Of a stretch of DNA of 56,363 nt, positions 1 through 10,184 are shown piece after piece. Each line of letters starts with the position of its first letter. Positions within the stretch are counted from its first letter, which is position 1. A program made the translations under genes and the position numbers. The DNA is from Psychromonas sp. (GTDB lineage: Bacteria > Pseudomonadota > Gammaproteobacteria > Enterobacterales > Psychromonadaceae): positions 1-56,363 of the forward strand of contig JAOFNL010000001.1 in assembly GCA_028041985.1 (NCBI GenBank), given 5' to 3'. Below the pieces are notes generated by a model, which worked only from the letters and a program-made list of their open reading frames with translations, was not told the origin of the DNA and did no database searches.

Positions 1-765
1 GGTTTACGTTTATTAGAACTCGCTGATCAAGTATTGCCTCAAATTAAAAGCGCGGAGCGAGACTTATCTCGTTTTGCTTCTGGAGATGCGGGGCGTCTTC
101 ATATGGCAATTGAATGCCACTCTTGTTTTCAATGGTTAATGCCTGCAATTGATAAATTTAGAGACAGTTGGCCAGAAGTTGAGTTAGATTTTTCCAGTGG
201 TTTTAGTTTTTTACCTTTGCCTGCTCTAAAAAGAGGAAATTTAGATTTAGTAGTGACTTCTGATCCTCAGGATATCGACGGTATTACCTACATTCCCCTT
301 TTTAGTTATCAATCAATGTTAGCTTTGAGTCGACATCACCGTTTGGCTAATAATACATATATTCAAGCTGAAGATTTAAGTGATGAAACGTTAATTACCT
401 ATCCTGTTGAGAAAGAGCGATTGGATATTTTCAATAAGTTTTTAACACCCGAAGGCATCGTTCCCGCTAAAATTCGGCATGCTGATATGACATTAATGAT
501 GTTGCAGTTGGTGGCGAGTGGACGTGGTGTCGCTGGGTTACCGAATTGGGCTCTTTTTGAATATTTGCAAAAAGACTATGTTGTCGCGCGGCGTTTAGGT
601 AAAGAAGGTGTATGGAATACACTTTATGCAGCTGTAAGAGAAGAACAAAAGTCTCTGGCTTTTATTGAAGATTTTATCACTACAGCTATTGAGAGTTGCT
701 TCGCAAATTTAAAAGGGATAAAAGTCGCTGATTTTTTACCACCAGAAAATGATAATAGTGACTAA
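1..765 (+). CDS. metR: LysR-family regulator MetR (5' truncated by window edge)
   Basis: Frame open from base 1 (GLRLLELADQVLPQ); diagnostic GRLHMAIECHSCFQWLMP substrate-binding domain. Confidence 0.92.
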   Translation, partial: GLRLLELADQVLPQIKSAERDLSRFASGDAGRLHMAIECHSCFQWLMPAIDKFRDSWPEVELDFSSGFSFLPLPALKRGNLDLVVTSDPQDIDGITYIPLFSYQSMLALSRHHRLANNTYIQAEDLSDETLITYPVEKERLDIFNKFLTPEGIVPAKIRHADMTLMMLQLVASGRGVAGLPNWALFEYLQKDYVVARRLGKEGVWNTLYAAVREEQKSLAFIEDFITTAIESCFANLKGIKVADFLPPENDNSD

Positions 766-914
766 AAATTAATCAGTTAGGTTCAATTTATGTATTTTCA
801 TTGATCTTATTGCTAATTATGGAGACTGTGCAATTGCACCGACCAAGAGAAAAAGACACAATAAAAAATGATCAATGAATTTTAAGCAATGAAAATTAGA
901 TAGGGTGAAAATAT

Positions 915-2165
915 ATGGGTTGTTGTGATGTTAATGGGTTGATGCCCTTATCTATTGCATTAGAAAAGATGCAAAGTTCATTATCTAATGTGTGCAATGC
1001 AATTACGTTACCTTTATCTGAAGCTTTAGGTTTTACACTTTCTGAAAATATTGTTTCAACTTTGAATGTTCCTGCATTTAATAATTCTGCGATGGATGGT
1101 TATGCGGTGAAAGCAAAAGATTTGATTGCTTGCTCTGACAGCAATCCAATCACTTTAAATATGGTTGGTAAATCATTCGCGGGTGCTCCTTATCATGGTG
1201 ATGAAATTGGCTCAGGATGCTGCATTCGAATAATGACGGGTGCTGTTGTACCTAACTCGTTAGATTGTGTTGTTATGCAGGAAAGAGTTGATGCAGAAGG
1301 TGATTTGATCACTTTCAAGCATGCCCCACAAGCTTATAATAATGTTCGTTTTGCTGGAGAAGATTTAAAAGTAGGCCAGCAAGTATTACTGCAAGGTCAT
1401 AAATTGACACCACGTGATATTCCTTTATTAGCATCATTAGGCATTGCTTCGGTCAATGTTTATCGAAAATTAAAGGTTGCTGTACTTTCATCTGGCGATG
1501 AATTACGAAACTTAGGTGAATCATTATCTGTAGGTGAAATATACGATACTAATCGTTATAGTATCATCGCATTGTTATCTCGATTAAATGTGGAAGTGAT
1601 TGATTTTGGGATTATCCGTGATGATTATTTATTGATCAAAGAAGCCATGAACAAAGCGGATCAACAAGCTGACGTGGTGATCACCAGCGGTGGTGTATCT
1701 GTTGGTGAAGCAGATTTTATTAAAGAAGTGTTAAATGAAATTGGTGAAATTGGGTTTTGGAAACTGGCAATTAAACCTGGTAAACCATTTGCTTTTGGTA
1801 AGTTACAAAACAGCGTTTTTTTTGGGTTGCCAGGAAATCCTGTTTCCGCTATCGTCACCCTATATCAATTAGCAGTGCCTGCAATGGCGAAAATGAGCGG
1901 TGAACTTGCTAAACCTGCATTACGTTTTAATGCAATAAGTAAAGATAAACTCTCAAAAAGTCCGGGCAGAACCGATTTTCAACGAGGCATCTACTCTGTA
2001 AATGAGCAAGGAGAACTCGTTGTTAGTACGACTGGTAATCAAGGCTCTGGTGTGTTCAGTTCGATGAGTTTATCAAATTGCTTCATTGTACTTGAAGAAG
2101 AACGCGGGCATATCAATGCAGGCGAAACAGTAATGATTGAACCATTTAGTCCATTGATGGATTAA
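915..2165 (+). CDS. moeA: Molybdopterin molybdotransferase MoeA
   Basis: NSAMDGYA, RIMTGA, SGGVSVG, IKPGKP and GLPGNPVS motifs. Confidence 0.95.
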   Translation: MGCCDVNGLMPLSIALEKMQSSLSNVCNAITLPLSEALGFTLSENIVSTLNVPAFNNSAMDGYAVKAKDLIACSDSNPITLNMVGKSFAGAPYHGDEIGSGCCIRIMTGAVVPNSLDCVVMQERVDAEGDLITFKHAPQAYNNVRFAGEDLKVGQQVLLQGHKLTPRDIPLLASLGIASVNVYRKLKVAVLSSGDELRNLGESLSVGEIYDTNRYSIIALLSRLNVEVIDFGIIRDDYLLIKEAMNKADQQADVVITSGGVSVGEADFIKEVLNEIGEIGFWKLAIKPGKPFAFGKLQNSVFFGLPGNPVSAIVTLYQLAVPAMAKMSGELAKPALRFNAISKDKLSKSPGRTDFQRGIYSVNEQGELVVSTTGNQGSGVFSSMSLSNCFIVLEEERGHINAGETVMIEPFSPLMD

Positions 2166-2218
2166 TATTTATCAATATGTTAGCGTTTTGCCTATGATAA
2201 AAATGAATTGTCACAAAA

Positions 2219-2289
2219 TTATACCAATTACATTCGATAAGTTATTTCAACAAGTAAAATAGATCAGTTAATTAACGTGATTGGTATTA
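2219..2289 (+). mobile_element. MITE-like palindromic repeat, 65-bp short form (copy 1) with TTA target duplication
   Basis: TTA|TACCAAT...ATTGGTA|TTA; element 2222-2286; near-identical to the reverse complement of the copy at 8704. Confidence 0.85.
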
Positions 2290-2357
2290 TTAACAAACGA
2301 ATTAAACAAATATATTTATAACTAACTATACGCACAAAGTGTGCCTTGGAAAATATT

Positions 2358-3407
2358 ATGATTAAAACAGATGACGTAAATATCACTGCAATTAAAGAAT
2401 TATTACCACCTATTGCATTATTAGAAAAATTCCCTGCAACTTCTGCAATAAGCCGTACTGTTGCTGGGTCTCGTAAAGCAATAAGTAAAATATTAAGTCA
2501 ACAAGATGACAGAGTATTAGTGATTATTGGACCTTGTTCAATTCATGATACTAAAGCTGCATTGGAATATGCGTCTAAATTAGCGCCGTTACGTGAAAAA
2601 TACAAAGATACATTAGAGATCGTAATGCGTGTTTATTTTGAAAAACCACGTACGACAGTAGGGTGGAAAGGGTTGATCAATGATCCTGAATTAAATGGGA
2701 CCTTCAATATTAATAAAGGGTTACGTACTGGTCGTAAATTATTATTAGATATTAATGCTATGGGACTACCTGCTGCTACTGAGTTCTTAGATATGATCAC
2801 GCCACAGTATGTTGCAGATTTAATGTCTTGGGGGGCAATAGGCGCACGTACGACCGAATCTCAAGTTCACCGCGAATTAGCTTCTGGCCTTTCATGCCCA
2901 GTTGGTTTTAAAAATGGTACTGACGGTACAATTAAAGTGGCAGTTGATGCAATTGGTGCAGCCAATGCTTCTCATCACTTTTTATCAGTGAATAAATTTG
3001 GACATAGTGCAATTGTTGAAACTGCAGGTAACCCTGATTGTCATATTATTCTGCGAGGTGGTAAAGCACCGAACTATAGTGCAGCTGATGTTGCTTCTAT
3101 TAAAGCAGACTTAAAAAAATCAGGCTTAACTGAAACGTTGATGATCGATTTCAGCCACGCGAACTCTGAGAAAAAATTCGAAAATCAAATGAAAGTTTGT
3201 ACTGATGTATCTACACAAATTGCTGCTGGCGATAAAGCGATTTCAGGGGTGATGGTTGAAAGTCATTTAATCGAAGGTCGTCAAGATCTATGTGATGGTG
3301 TTGCTGCAACTTATGGCCAAAGTATTACTGACGCTTGTATTGGTTGGGATGCAACGGAAAAATTGTTAGCACAACTATCTGAAGCAGTTTTGACTCGTCG
3401 TGGTTAA
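2358..3407 (+). CDS. aroG: DAHP synthase, class I, AroG-like
   Basis: IKELLPPIALLEKFP N-terminus; GPCSIHD, KPRT, IGARTTESQVHRE motifs; ATG at 2358 preferred to TTG at 2346. Confidence 0.9.
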   Translation: MIKTDDVNITAIKELLPPIALLEKFPATSAISRTVAGSRKAISKILSQQDDRVLVIIGPCSIHDTKAALEYASKLAPLREKYKDTLEIVMRVYFEKPRTTVGWKGLINDPELNGTFNINKGLRTGRKLLLDINAMGLPAATEFLDMITPQYVADLMSWGAIGARTTESQVHRELASGLSCPVGFKNGTDGTIKVAVDAIGAANASHHFLSVNKFGHSAIVETAGNPDCHIILRGGKAPNYSAADVASIKADLKKSGLTETLMIDFSHANSEKKFENQMKVCTDVSTQIAAGDKAISGVMVESHLIEGRQDLCDGVAATYGQSITDACIGWDATEKLLAQLSEAVLTRRG

Positions 3408-3441
3408 TCAATAAAGCTAACCAAGCGGTTAGTTTATGGCT

Positions 3442-3470
3442 AAGCACTGTTTAATACGGTGCTTTTTTTT
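3442..3470 (+). terminator. Intrinsic terminator after aroG
   Basis: AAGCACTGT-ttaat-ACGGTGCTT hairpin followed by a T run. Confidence 0.85.
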
Positions 3471-3537
3471 GTCTTTAAAAGCTGATGTAGAGTAGTACAA
3501 TCCATGTTTTTTTTAAATATTATAATAGGTAAATAAA

Positions 3538-4938
3538 ATGTCCGTTAAACTGAAACCTATTATGATATTGGGCTGTACAAGCGATGCAGGCAAATCGTTG
3601 ATCGTGACTGCTATTTGTCGATTATTAGCAAATAGAGGGGTGAATGTCGCTCCTTTTAAAGCACAAAATATGAGTAATAATGCAGCTATTACTGAAGATG
3701 GATTAGAAATCGGACGTGCTCAATATCTACAAGCTTTGGCTGCAAAAGCGACACCTTCTGTATTGATGAATCCTGTATTATTGAAACCGAGTGCTGATAC
3801 ATTTAGCCAAGTTATTATCAATGGCAAAGTTAATCATGATATTTCTAAACTACCCTGGATGGATAGAAAAGCCATAATTTGGCCAAAAGTCATAAGCGCG
3901 TTAAATTCATTACAAAATCAATATGACCAAGTGGTTATTGAAGGGGCAGGAAGCCCAGCAGAAATAAATTTACGCGCAGGTGATATTGTTAATATGAGTG
4001 TGGCATTAGCTTGCCAAGCAGATGTATATTTAGTGTCTGACATCGATAGAGGTGGTTCTTTTGCTCATTTATTAGGGACTTGGGCTTGTTTAGCTGAAGA
4101 AGAGCAAAAACTGATTAAAGGCTTTGTGCTTAATAAATTTCGTGGCGATCCTAAATTATTAGGTAATGCAATGGAATGGTTAGAAGAAAAAACGGGCATT
4201 CCTACGGTAGCGAACTTACCCTATTATCGTCATCAATTACCTGAAGAAGATAGTTTCAGATTAGGTACAACTTGGCAACGAGGTGCGATTAATGTTGCAC
4301 TTGTTTATTATCCTTATGCTTCTAATTTGGATGAGTTTGATGCCTTGATTTATCAAGATGATATAAATTTAGTTCCTGTTCATCAACAACAAGACTTGTC
4401 AATGTATGATGCAGTGATACTACCTGGTAGTAAAAATAGCGGTAAAAGCTTAGCCTTTTTACAGCAAAATAAATTACATGAAAGTATTATTGCCTTTAGC
4501 CAAACAGGTAAACTAGTGCTAGGAATTTGTGGAGGTTTACAAATATTAGGCGCTAAAATTAATGACCCATTTATGCTTGAAGATGGCAATAAATTAGGGC
4601 TTGGTCTTATACAATTAAGTACAACGTTAGCGAACAATAAAGCGACCTCGCAAAATAAGGTCGAATGGGAAAACCAATTATTAGATACCTATGAAATTCA
4701 TCATGGCGAAAGCTTTGCACTCGTTAACACTGTTAAACCATTTATTAAAGAAGGTATTGGCTGGCAACAAGGTAATATTTATACTTCATATTTACATGGG
4801 TTATTCGATAACGCTATTTTTTATAATTGGTTTATGAAAAAAATCGGTGCAGCACAAAATGGCATTAACTGGAAAAATCATGTTGACCAAGAATTAGATA
4901 AGTTGGCAGATATGTTTGAAAAATATGGGTGGCTGTAA
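3538..4938 (+). CDS. cobQ: Cobyric acid synthase CobQ/CbiP
   Basis: TSDAGKS, PFKAQNMSNN, EGAGSPAEINL, GICGGLQILG, YEIHHG and YLHGLF motifs. Confidence 0.93.
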   Translation: MSVKLKPIMILGCTSDAGKSLIVTAICRLLANRGVNVAPFKAQNMSNNAAITEDGLEIGRAQYLQALAAKATPSVLMNPVLLKPSADTFSQVIINGKVNHDISKLPWMDRKAIIWPKVISALNSLQNQYDQVVIEGAGSPAEINLRAGDIVNMSVALACQADVYLVSDIDRGGSFAHLLGTWACLAEEEQKLIKGFVLNKFRGDPKLLGNAMEWLEEKTGIPTVANLPYYRHQLPEEDSFRLGTTWQRGAINVALVYYPYASNLDEFDALIYQDDINLVPVHQQQDLSMYDAVILPGSKNSGKSLAFLQQNKLHESIIAFSQTGKLVLGICGGLQILGAKINDPFMLEDGNKLGLGLIQLSTTLANNKATSQNKVEWENQLLDTYEIHHGESFALVNTVKPFIKEGIGWQQGNIYTSYLHGLFDNAIFYNWFMKKIGAAQNGINWKNHVDQELDKLADMFEKYGWL

Positions 4939-5911
4939 ATTGTTTCACTTTAATTATCTCAAGGCTTTTGCTTCAATATTTTTTATGAATATCCTCTCTT
5001 TGCCTGTACATGCGGCAGGGGAAATTGTCGATAATACTATTGAAGAAGCTTTTGCTATTTCAACATTAATGTCTGATAGTGAGGCATTAACTTTTGGTTT
5101 TATGAATGTTGATTTAAAAGTAGATGACGAAGGTTTTGGTAATGAAGATACAATGAATTTTAAAAATAGTATAAATCTATTTGTACTTCCTTACACTTGG
5201 TATTTGGAACCTAAAAGCTCTGCTTGGGATCATGCCCTTACTGTTCGTGCTTTCTATCTCAATATAGAGCGTGATAATGAAATTGTTGAGGGGATAACAG
5301 ATAAGTTCGAAGAAAATACTGTGGGAATTTATGGCAGTTATTCTCAGTTTTATCATATTACTAAACATTGGTATGTTGAATCAGCTTTGGGGGCTTATTT
5401 ATCTTATTATAAAAATAAATACCGTTTCGGTTCAGGTGTTCCTGATGATATTAAAGATCAATTCAATGGACGTTCATTAAACATTAGCACGTTTGCTGCT
5501 ATTATTGAGCCTGAAGTGGGTATTGGTTATCAAAAAGCCCAAAAATGGGGATATTGGCGGGCTCATAATAACACCAGTTATATTTATGGACATGGTATCG
5601 CGGGCTCGATTGAAAACCCTGGTAAGATTAATCCTGAAGGGTGGTGGCTGACTAATGGTGTTGAATTTACAATTGATGTCCCTGAGTTATGGGGTGTTGA
5701 TGATTTTTTATCAATTGATTTCAAACGTATCGATGTACTTGGTGATATGCAACGTATGGCTGAAAAAGGCTATTATTATGAAACAAGTTTTGGTTGGGTG
5801 ATTGATACAAACAATAAAATTCCGTTGCTTGATAATATAGGAATGGGGCTTTCAATTAACTATGGTAGTTCTGTGAGTGGAGCAACATTAGTGCTTTATT
5901 ACAATGAATAA
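4916..5911 (+). CDS. Outer-membrane protein, probable solitary autotransporter beta-barrel (Omp_AT) family; start uncertain
   Basis: Signal peptide ending LPVHA; EEAFAIS..SDSEALTFGF N-terminus; aromatic-rich amphipathic strands. Confidence 0.6.
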   Translation: MKNMGGCKLFHFNYLKAFASIFFMNILSLPVHAAGEIVDNTIEEAFAISTLMSDSEALTFGFMNVDLKVDDEGFGNEDTMNFKNSINLFVLPYTWYLEPKSSAWDHALTVRAFYLNIERDNEIVEGITDKFEENTVGIYGSYSQFYHITKHWYVESALGAYLSYYKNKYRFGSGVPDDIKDQFNGRSLNISTFAAIIEPEVGIGYQKAQKWGYWRAHNNTSYIYGHGIAGSIENPGKINPEGWWLTNGVEFTIDVPELWGVDDFLSIDFKRIDVLGDMQRMAEKGYYYETSFGWVIDTNNKIPLLDNIGMGLSINYGSSVSGATLVLYYNE

Positions 5912-5933
5912 AGCACGTTACTAGTTTGATTAT

Positions 5934-6587
5934 TCAAGGATTCAAACGAGTATTAGTCCATTTAGTTCCTTCTTGGGTATATACAAAACGATCGTGTAAG
6001 CGATCTGCTTTACCTTGCCAGAACTCAATGGTGTCGGGGATAACACGGTAACCTCCCCAAAATTCTGGTAAAGGGACAGCTTTACCTGCAAACTTATCTT
6101 CATAATATTTTACGCTATCAACAAGTGTTTGTCGTTGATCTAAAATTTGGCTTTGTTTTGATGCCCAAGCTCCAATCTGGCTACCTCGGCCACGAGAGTG
6201 AAAGTAGGCTTCAGATTCTTCATGACTAATACGTTCAATCCTTCCTTCAACACGAACTTGGCGCTGTAATATATTCCAATGAAATAATAATGCAGCAAAG
6301 GGATTTGTCTCTAATTCAGTCGCTTTTCTACTGCCGTAGTTAGTGAAAAAAACAAAACCTTGCTGATCAACTTCTTTTAATAAAACCATGCGAGACGAAG
6401 GGCGTCCTTCTGCAGTACAAGTTGACACTGACATCGATTCAGGTAATACAATGCCTGTATTTTGTGCTTCTTTGAGCCAAGTATCAAAAAAGGCAATCGG
6501 ATCATCTGTTGTAGTAAGAGTTTTGTTTTCTATTAATACACCTTGACCTAAGGTGAAGGCGCAACGCAGTTTGCTTAACAATGACAT
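5934..6587 (-). CDS. pdxH: Pyridoxamine 5'-phosphate oxidase
   Basis: RMVLLK, FFTNYGSRK, SQIGAWAS and EFWQGKADRLHDR motifs. Confidence 0.95.
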   Translation of the reverse strand: MSLLSKLRCAFTLGQGVLIENKTLTTTDDPIAFFDTWLKEAQNTGIVLPESMSVSTCTAEGRPSSRMVLLKEVDQQGFVFFTNYGSRKATELETNPFAALLFHWNILQRQVRVEGRIERISHEESEAYFHSRGRGSQIGAWASKQSQILDQRQTLVDSVKYYEDKFAGKAVPLPEFWGGYRVIPDTIEFWQGKADRLHDRFVYTQEGTKWTNTRLNP

Positions 6588-6729
6588 GGTATATCTTTAT
6601 TAGTTAGATTGAACGGAGTGTGCAGTGTATAATTTGTGTTTATCCTTGTCGAACTTATTGTCATTAAGTTTGATAAACCAATATACAGTATTGCCAATTT
6701 AAAGTGTCAAAGCGAGATCTATTTACAAC

Positions 6730-7293
6730 ATGCGTCAACAAGCTAATGAGTTATTTTCTAGTCGAGATATCATCCAAATATTCAACAATGCATTTTACCT
6801 TTCATACAATACTAAATTAGTTTTAGGTGGAGATGAGCCATTGTATAAACCACTTGATCAAGAGTGCCCTTATCATCAAATAATTTTTGCTCATGGTTTT
6901 TTTTCAAGTGCATTACACGAAATTAGTCATTGGTTAGTGGCTGGCGAATCTAGGCGACTACAAGTTGATTATGGATATTGGTATGAGCCAGATGGACGTA
7001 ATCAACAACGGCAAGCTGAATTTGAAAAAGTGGAAGTGCTACCGCAAGCTATTGAATGGGCTTTATCTGTTAGTTGTGGTCTTGAGTTTGATGTAAGCAG
7101 TGATAATCTAAGTGGTATTGTCATCAATCGTTTAGCCTTTAAAAAAAAAGTATATCTTCAGGTATTATCTCTATTAAAAGAAGGATTTTCTCCACGCACC
7201 ACTATTTTGTTGGATGCGTGTAAAAAGGTATATCAAACTCCTGATTTAACAGCTGAAAGTTTTGAGTATCAAGGCATGTACCAATTAGTATAA
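6730..7293 (+). CDS. epmC: Elongation factor P hydroxylase (YfcM/EpmC)
   Basis: FAHGFFSSALHEISHW, DYGYWYEPDGR and FEKVEV.PQAIEW motifs. Confidence 0.88.
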   Translation: MRQQANELFSSRDIIQIFNNAFYLSYNTKLVLGGDEPLYKPLDQECPYHQIIFAHGFFSSALHEISHWLVAGESRRLQVDYGYWYEPDGRNQQRQAEFEKVEVLPQAIEWALSVSCGLEFDVSSDNLSGIVINRLAFKKKVYLQVLSLLKEGFSPRTTILLDACKKVYQTPDLTAESFEYQGMYQLV

Positions 7294-7320
7294 TCATCTC
7301 TCTATTTAAAAGGTTTTAAA

Positions 7321-7773
7321 ATGAAAAAAATATTAATCGTTTGTTTAGGTAATATCTGCCGTTCACCTACTGCAGAAGCTGTATTAAAAGCAAAGGCGAT
7401 AGAGCGTGGAATCAATATTGAAATTGATTCAGCAGGAACGATTAGTAATCATCGCGGTAAAAGCCCTGATAAAAGATCGCAAGCAGCAGGTGAACGTCGT
7501 GGTTACAGTTTTGAAGGCATTGTTTCACGACCAGTTAATACCAATGATTTTGAGTATTTTGATTATATTTTAGCTGCTGATCAACAAAATAAATCTGATT
7601 TACTCGTTCAATGTCCTCCGCAATATGCCCATAAAATTGCATTGTTTTTGGAGTTTTCTGGTGTTGAAGAAAGTGAAATTCCTGATCCTTATTACGGAGG
7701 AGAGCAAGGGTTCGAGCTAGTATTGAATTTGCTAGAGAAAGCGAGTGATCAATTATTAGATAAGATAGGCTAG
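7321..7773 (+). CDS. Low molecular weight protein-tyrosine phosphatase
   Basis: VCLGNICRSP P-loop, DSAGT, IPDPYYG. Confidence 0.93.
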   Translation: MKKILIVCLGNICRSPTAEAVLKAKAIERGINIEIDSAGTISNHRGKSPDKRSQAAGERRGYSFEGIVSRPVNTNDFEYFDYILAADQQNKSDLLVQCPPQYAHKIALFLEFSGVEESEIPDPYYGGEQGFELVLNLLEKASDQLLDKIG

Positions 7774-7779
7774 TTCAGA

Positions 7780-8193
7780 ATGAATGAAAAAATATACCAC
7801 CATCCAGTACAAATTTATTATGAAGATACTGATCATTCAGGGGTTGTTTATCATCCGAATTTCTTAAAATATTTTGAACGGGCTCGAGAGCATGTGATCG
7901 ATAGTCAGCGATTAAATAAGTTGTGGACTGAAAAAGGCATTGGTTTTGCTGTTTATAAAGCCAATATGACTTTTCAGGATGGTGTCGAATTTGCCGAAGT
8001 ATGCGACATTCGCACTAGTTTTGTGATTGATGGTAAATATAAAACTCTATGGCGACAAGAATTATGGCGACCTGATGCAAAACGACCGGCAGTGATAGGT
8101 GATATCGAAATGGTTTGTTTAGATAAAAATAAGCAGTTACAACCCTTGCCTGAAGAGATTTTAAATCTGTTATGTCAGAATAGTTGCGCATAA
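7780..8193 (+). CDS. Hot-dog acyl-thioesterase, resembling the PUFA-associated Orf6/PfaT
   Basis: YYEDTDHSGVVYHPNFLKYFERAREH motif of 4HBT/YbgC-type thioesterases; lies about 630 bp from pfaE. Confidence 0.8.
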   Translation: MNEKIYHHPVQIYYEDTDHSGVVYHPNFLKYFERAREHVIDSQRLNKLWTEKGIGFAVYKANMTFQDGVEFAEVCDIRTSFVIDGKYKTLWRQELWRPDAKRPAVIGDIEMVCLDKNKQLQPLPEEILNLLCQNSCA

Positions 8194-8393
8194 TTTTTGC
8201 TATTTAAACTTCTTTGAAATATGAATAATTGGCTTTTTTATTTATTACATTATTAAATGAAAAAGTGAATCGCTTTATTTCATCAATATGGCAATGTTAT
8301 GTTTATCTCAAACTGACAAAAATTAATCAATTTAGACTTGCGAAATTACATTTTATATCTCATTTTATAATGACATTCTTAATGGGACTTATT

Positions 8394-8687
8394 ATGTACT
8401 TTTCAAAAAACAATCAACGTTCGTTTCAACGCATGGAACTAAATTTACCTATCGTCATTTCAAAAGAAGCACAGGTCTATAATGGTACCTGTCTTGACCT
8501 TAGTAGTACCGGCATGCGAATTGAATTTACTACGCTTGAACTAAAAACAGGTGACATTATTTATATCCAGTTAGATACAAATGATGAACGTTTCCCACCA
8601 TTAGATGCAGAAGCAAAATTAATACGTGTAAATACTGATGAAGAAGGCAAGTTGACCGCAGCCGTTGAGTTTATTGCGTTAAAATAA
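8394..8687 (+). CDS. Stand-alone PilZ-domain (c-di-GMP-binding) protein
   Basis: QRSFQR (RxxxR) and DLSSTG (DxSxxG) motifs; start moved to ATG 8394 after GGGAC. Confidence 0.85.
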   Translation: MYFSKNNQRSFQRMELNLPIVISKEAQVYNGTCLDLSSTGMRIEFTTLELKTGDIIYIQLDTNDERFPPLDAEAKLIRVNTDEEGKLTAAVEFIALK

Positions 8688-8700
8688 ATGAGATGAATGC

Positions 8701-8771
8701 TTATACCAATCACGTTCATGAACTGATCTATTTTACTTGTTAAAATAACTTATTTGATGTGATTGGTATTA
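8701..8771 (-). mobile_element. MITE-like repeat, 65-bp short form (copy 2, inverted) with TTA duplication
   Basis: TTA|TACCAATCACG...GTGATTGGTA|TTA; element 8704-8768. Confidence 0.85.
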
Positions 8772-8823
8772 ATTTAATTGATAAAGTTAACCATTTTAGT
8801 AACTTCATTAATTGTACTGTGAT

Positions 8824-9606
8824 TTAGACGATTAATGTACTTGCATCTAATAAAGTTATATTTTGTTTTGCATTACTTGCACGACAAACGGCTACTATTT
8901 GATCATTTAAATGTCTTTGATGCAGTTGCCATTGAGTATTTTTGTTCAGAGGATAATTGTCATTAAAAAATAAGCTGACGTTATCACATGTAATGCTTGG
9001 TTGTATGTTGTCATTCGTGTTTTCATTTTGCTGGTCATTAAAGCTAAAATAAAAACTATCCAATCCAAGACTGATCCCAATACCCGTCGCTTTCACAAAC
9101 GCTTCTTTCAATGTCCAATATTCAAAAAAACGTTGTTGCTGTTTTAAACCAGATAATTGACAAAGTTTGTTATGTTCCTGTTTTGAAAAATAGCGGCGTG
9201 TTATTGGCTCAATACTGACTTTACGTAATGGATTTTCAATATCACATCCAATGTCGTCTTTTACGCATACTGCCATAATAATCAATTGATTATTATGGCT
9301 TAAGTTAAAACGGATCTTTAGTGGATTACTTTCTAACTCCGGTTTCCCATGTTGATTGCGAATAAAATGAATTTCAGAGGGAGGCAAGGAAACATATTGA
9401 GCTAACACTAAGCGACAAATAGAACGTGTAACTATCGCGGTATGTTGGGCTATTTTATTCTTAAATTGATGAATATTTTCACTTTCCGTCATGCTTAAAG
9501 TTGATTTGATCGTACTCATAGCTTTAAGGTCTAGTTTATTCGGATCAATAAACCATAAATCAATTTTATTATTTTTGAGAGCTTCTATCGAAGATGGGGG
9601 ACTCAC
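8824..9606 (-). CDS. pfaE: Sfp-type 4'-phosphopantetheinyl transferase, probable PfaE
   Basis: HGKP, FNLSH, IGCDIE and WTLKEAFVKATG motifs; the pfaA-D cluster in this window has no adjacent PPTase. Confidence 0.8.
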   Translation of the reverse strand: MSPPSSIEALKNNKIDLWFIDPNKLDLKAMSTIKSTLSMTESENIHQFKNKIAQHTAIVTRSICRLVLAQYVSLPPSEIHFIRNQHGKPELESNPLKIRFNLSHNNQLIIMAVCVKDDIGCDIENPLRKVSIEPITRRYFSKQEHNKLCQLSGLKQQQRFFEYWTLKEAFVKATGIGISLGLDSFYFSFNDQQNENTNDNIQPSITCDNVSLFFNDNYPLNKNTQWQLHQRHLNDQIVAVCRASNAKQNITLLDASTLIV

Positions 9607-9651
9607 TTATTTTACCTTTTTATTAGTAAATAAAAGCAAGTGATAATTTTG

Positions 9652-9972
9652 TCATTGTGACTCAGTATCTGTATTGGCCAATTCTGGTCTTCTAAATGAA
9701 TTAATTTTTTTGTTCACTTCTCGACGTTCTTTTGATAATTCAGCACCGATGATAATGTAATCATCAACACGATCTTCATAATCTGAGAGCATGTTTTTAA
9801 TGATATTAATAATATCGTCTGGTGTCATATTGGGTGTAATGTATTCAGTTAAGTTATTTAATAGATCGACACGTTTACGGTTATCACGAATTTTAGTGTC
9901 ATTATCAAGGATTTCTCGTTTTAATTTATTTTTACGACGAGTGTTTTTGACTAATTCAAGAACATTGTTCAT
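9652..9972 (-). CDS. tmaR: DUF496 family PTS-localisation regulator TmaR (YeeX)
   Basis: [26 protein letters not shown] and [11 protein letters not shown]. Confidence 0.85.
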   Translation of the reverse strand: MNNVLELVKNTRRKNKLKREILDNDTKIRDNRKRVDLLNNLTEYITPNMTPDDIINIIKNMLSDYEDRVDDYIIIGAELSKERREVNKKINSFRRPELANTDTESQ

Positions 9973-10184
9973 TGTTCACACCTTTTATTGTTTAAACTTA
10001 TATGACAATTTAAAAAATAACGTAAATATAAAAATAGAGTTATTCGATAAATTAAATCGAGTTATGACGCTTTTCTTTATGAATTATACGCTTCACAGCT
10101 ATTTACGAAATAGGTTTTTTGAATTATTTTAATAGTAAGCGAATGACTTTAATCAACTTAATGAACAAAGCAATGGTATTCGCT

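Noticed and set aside
8229-8393. N-terminal extensions in the ORF track (PilZ 8229, also cysC 19425, DHH 20033, pfaA 31965 and 54882-55004)
   Set aside because: Downstream ATGs have an RBS or translational coupling and coincide with domain starts; the extensions run through promoter-like or overlapping sequence
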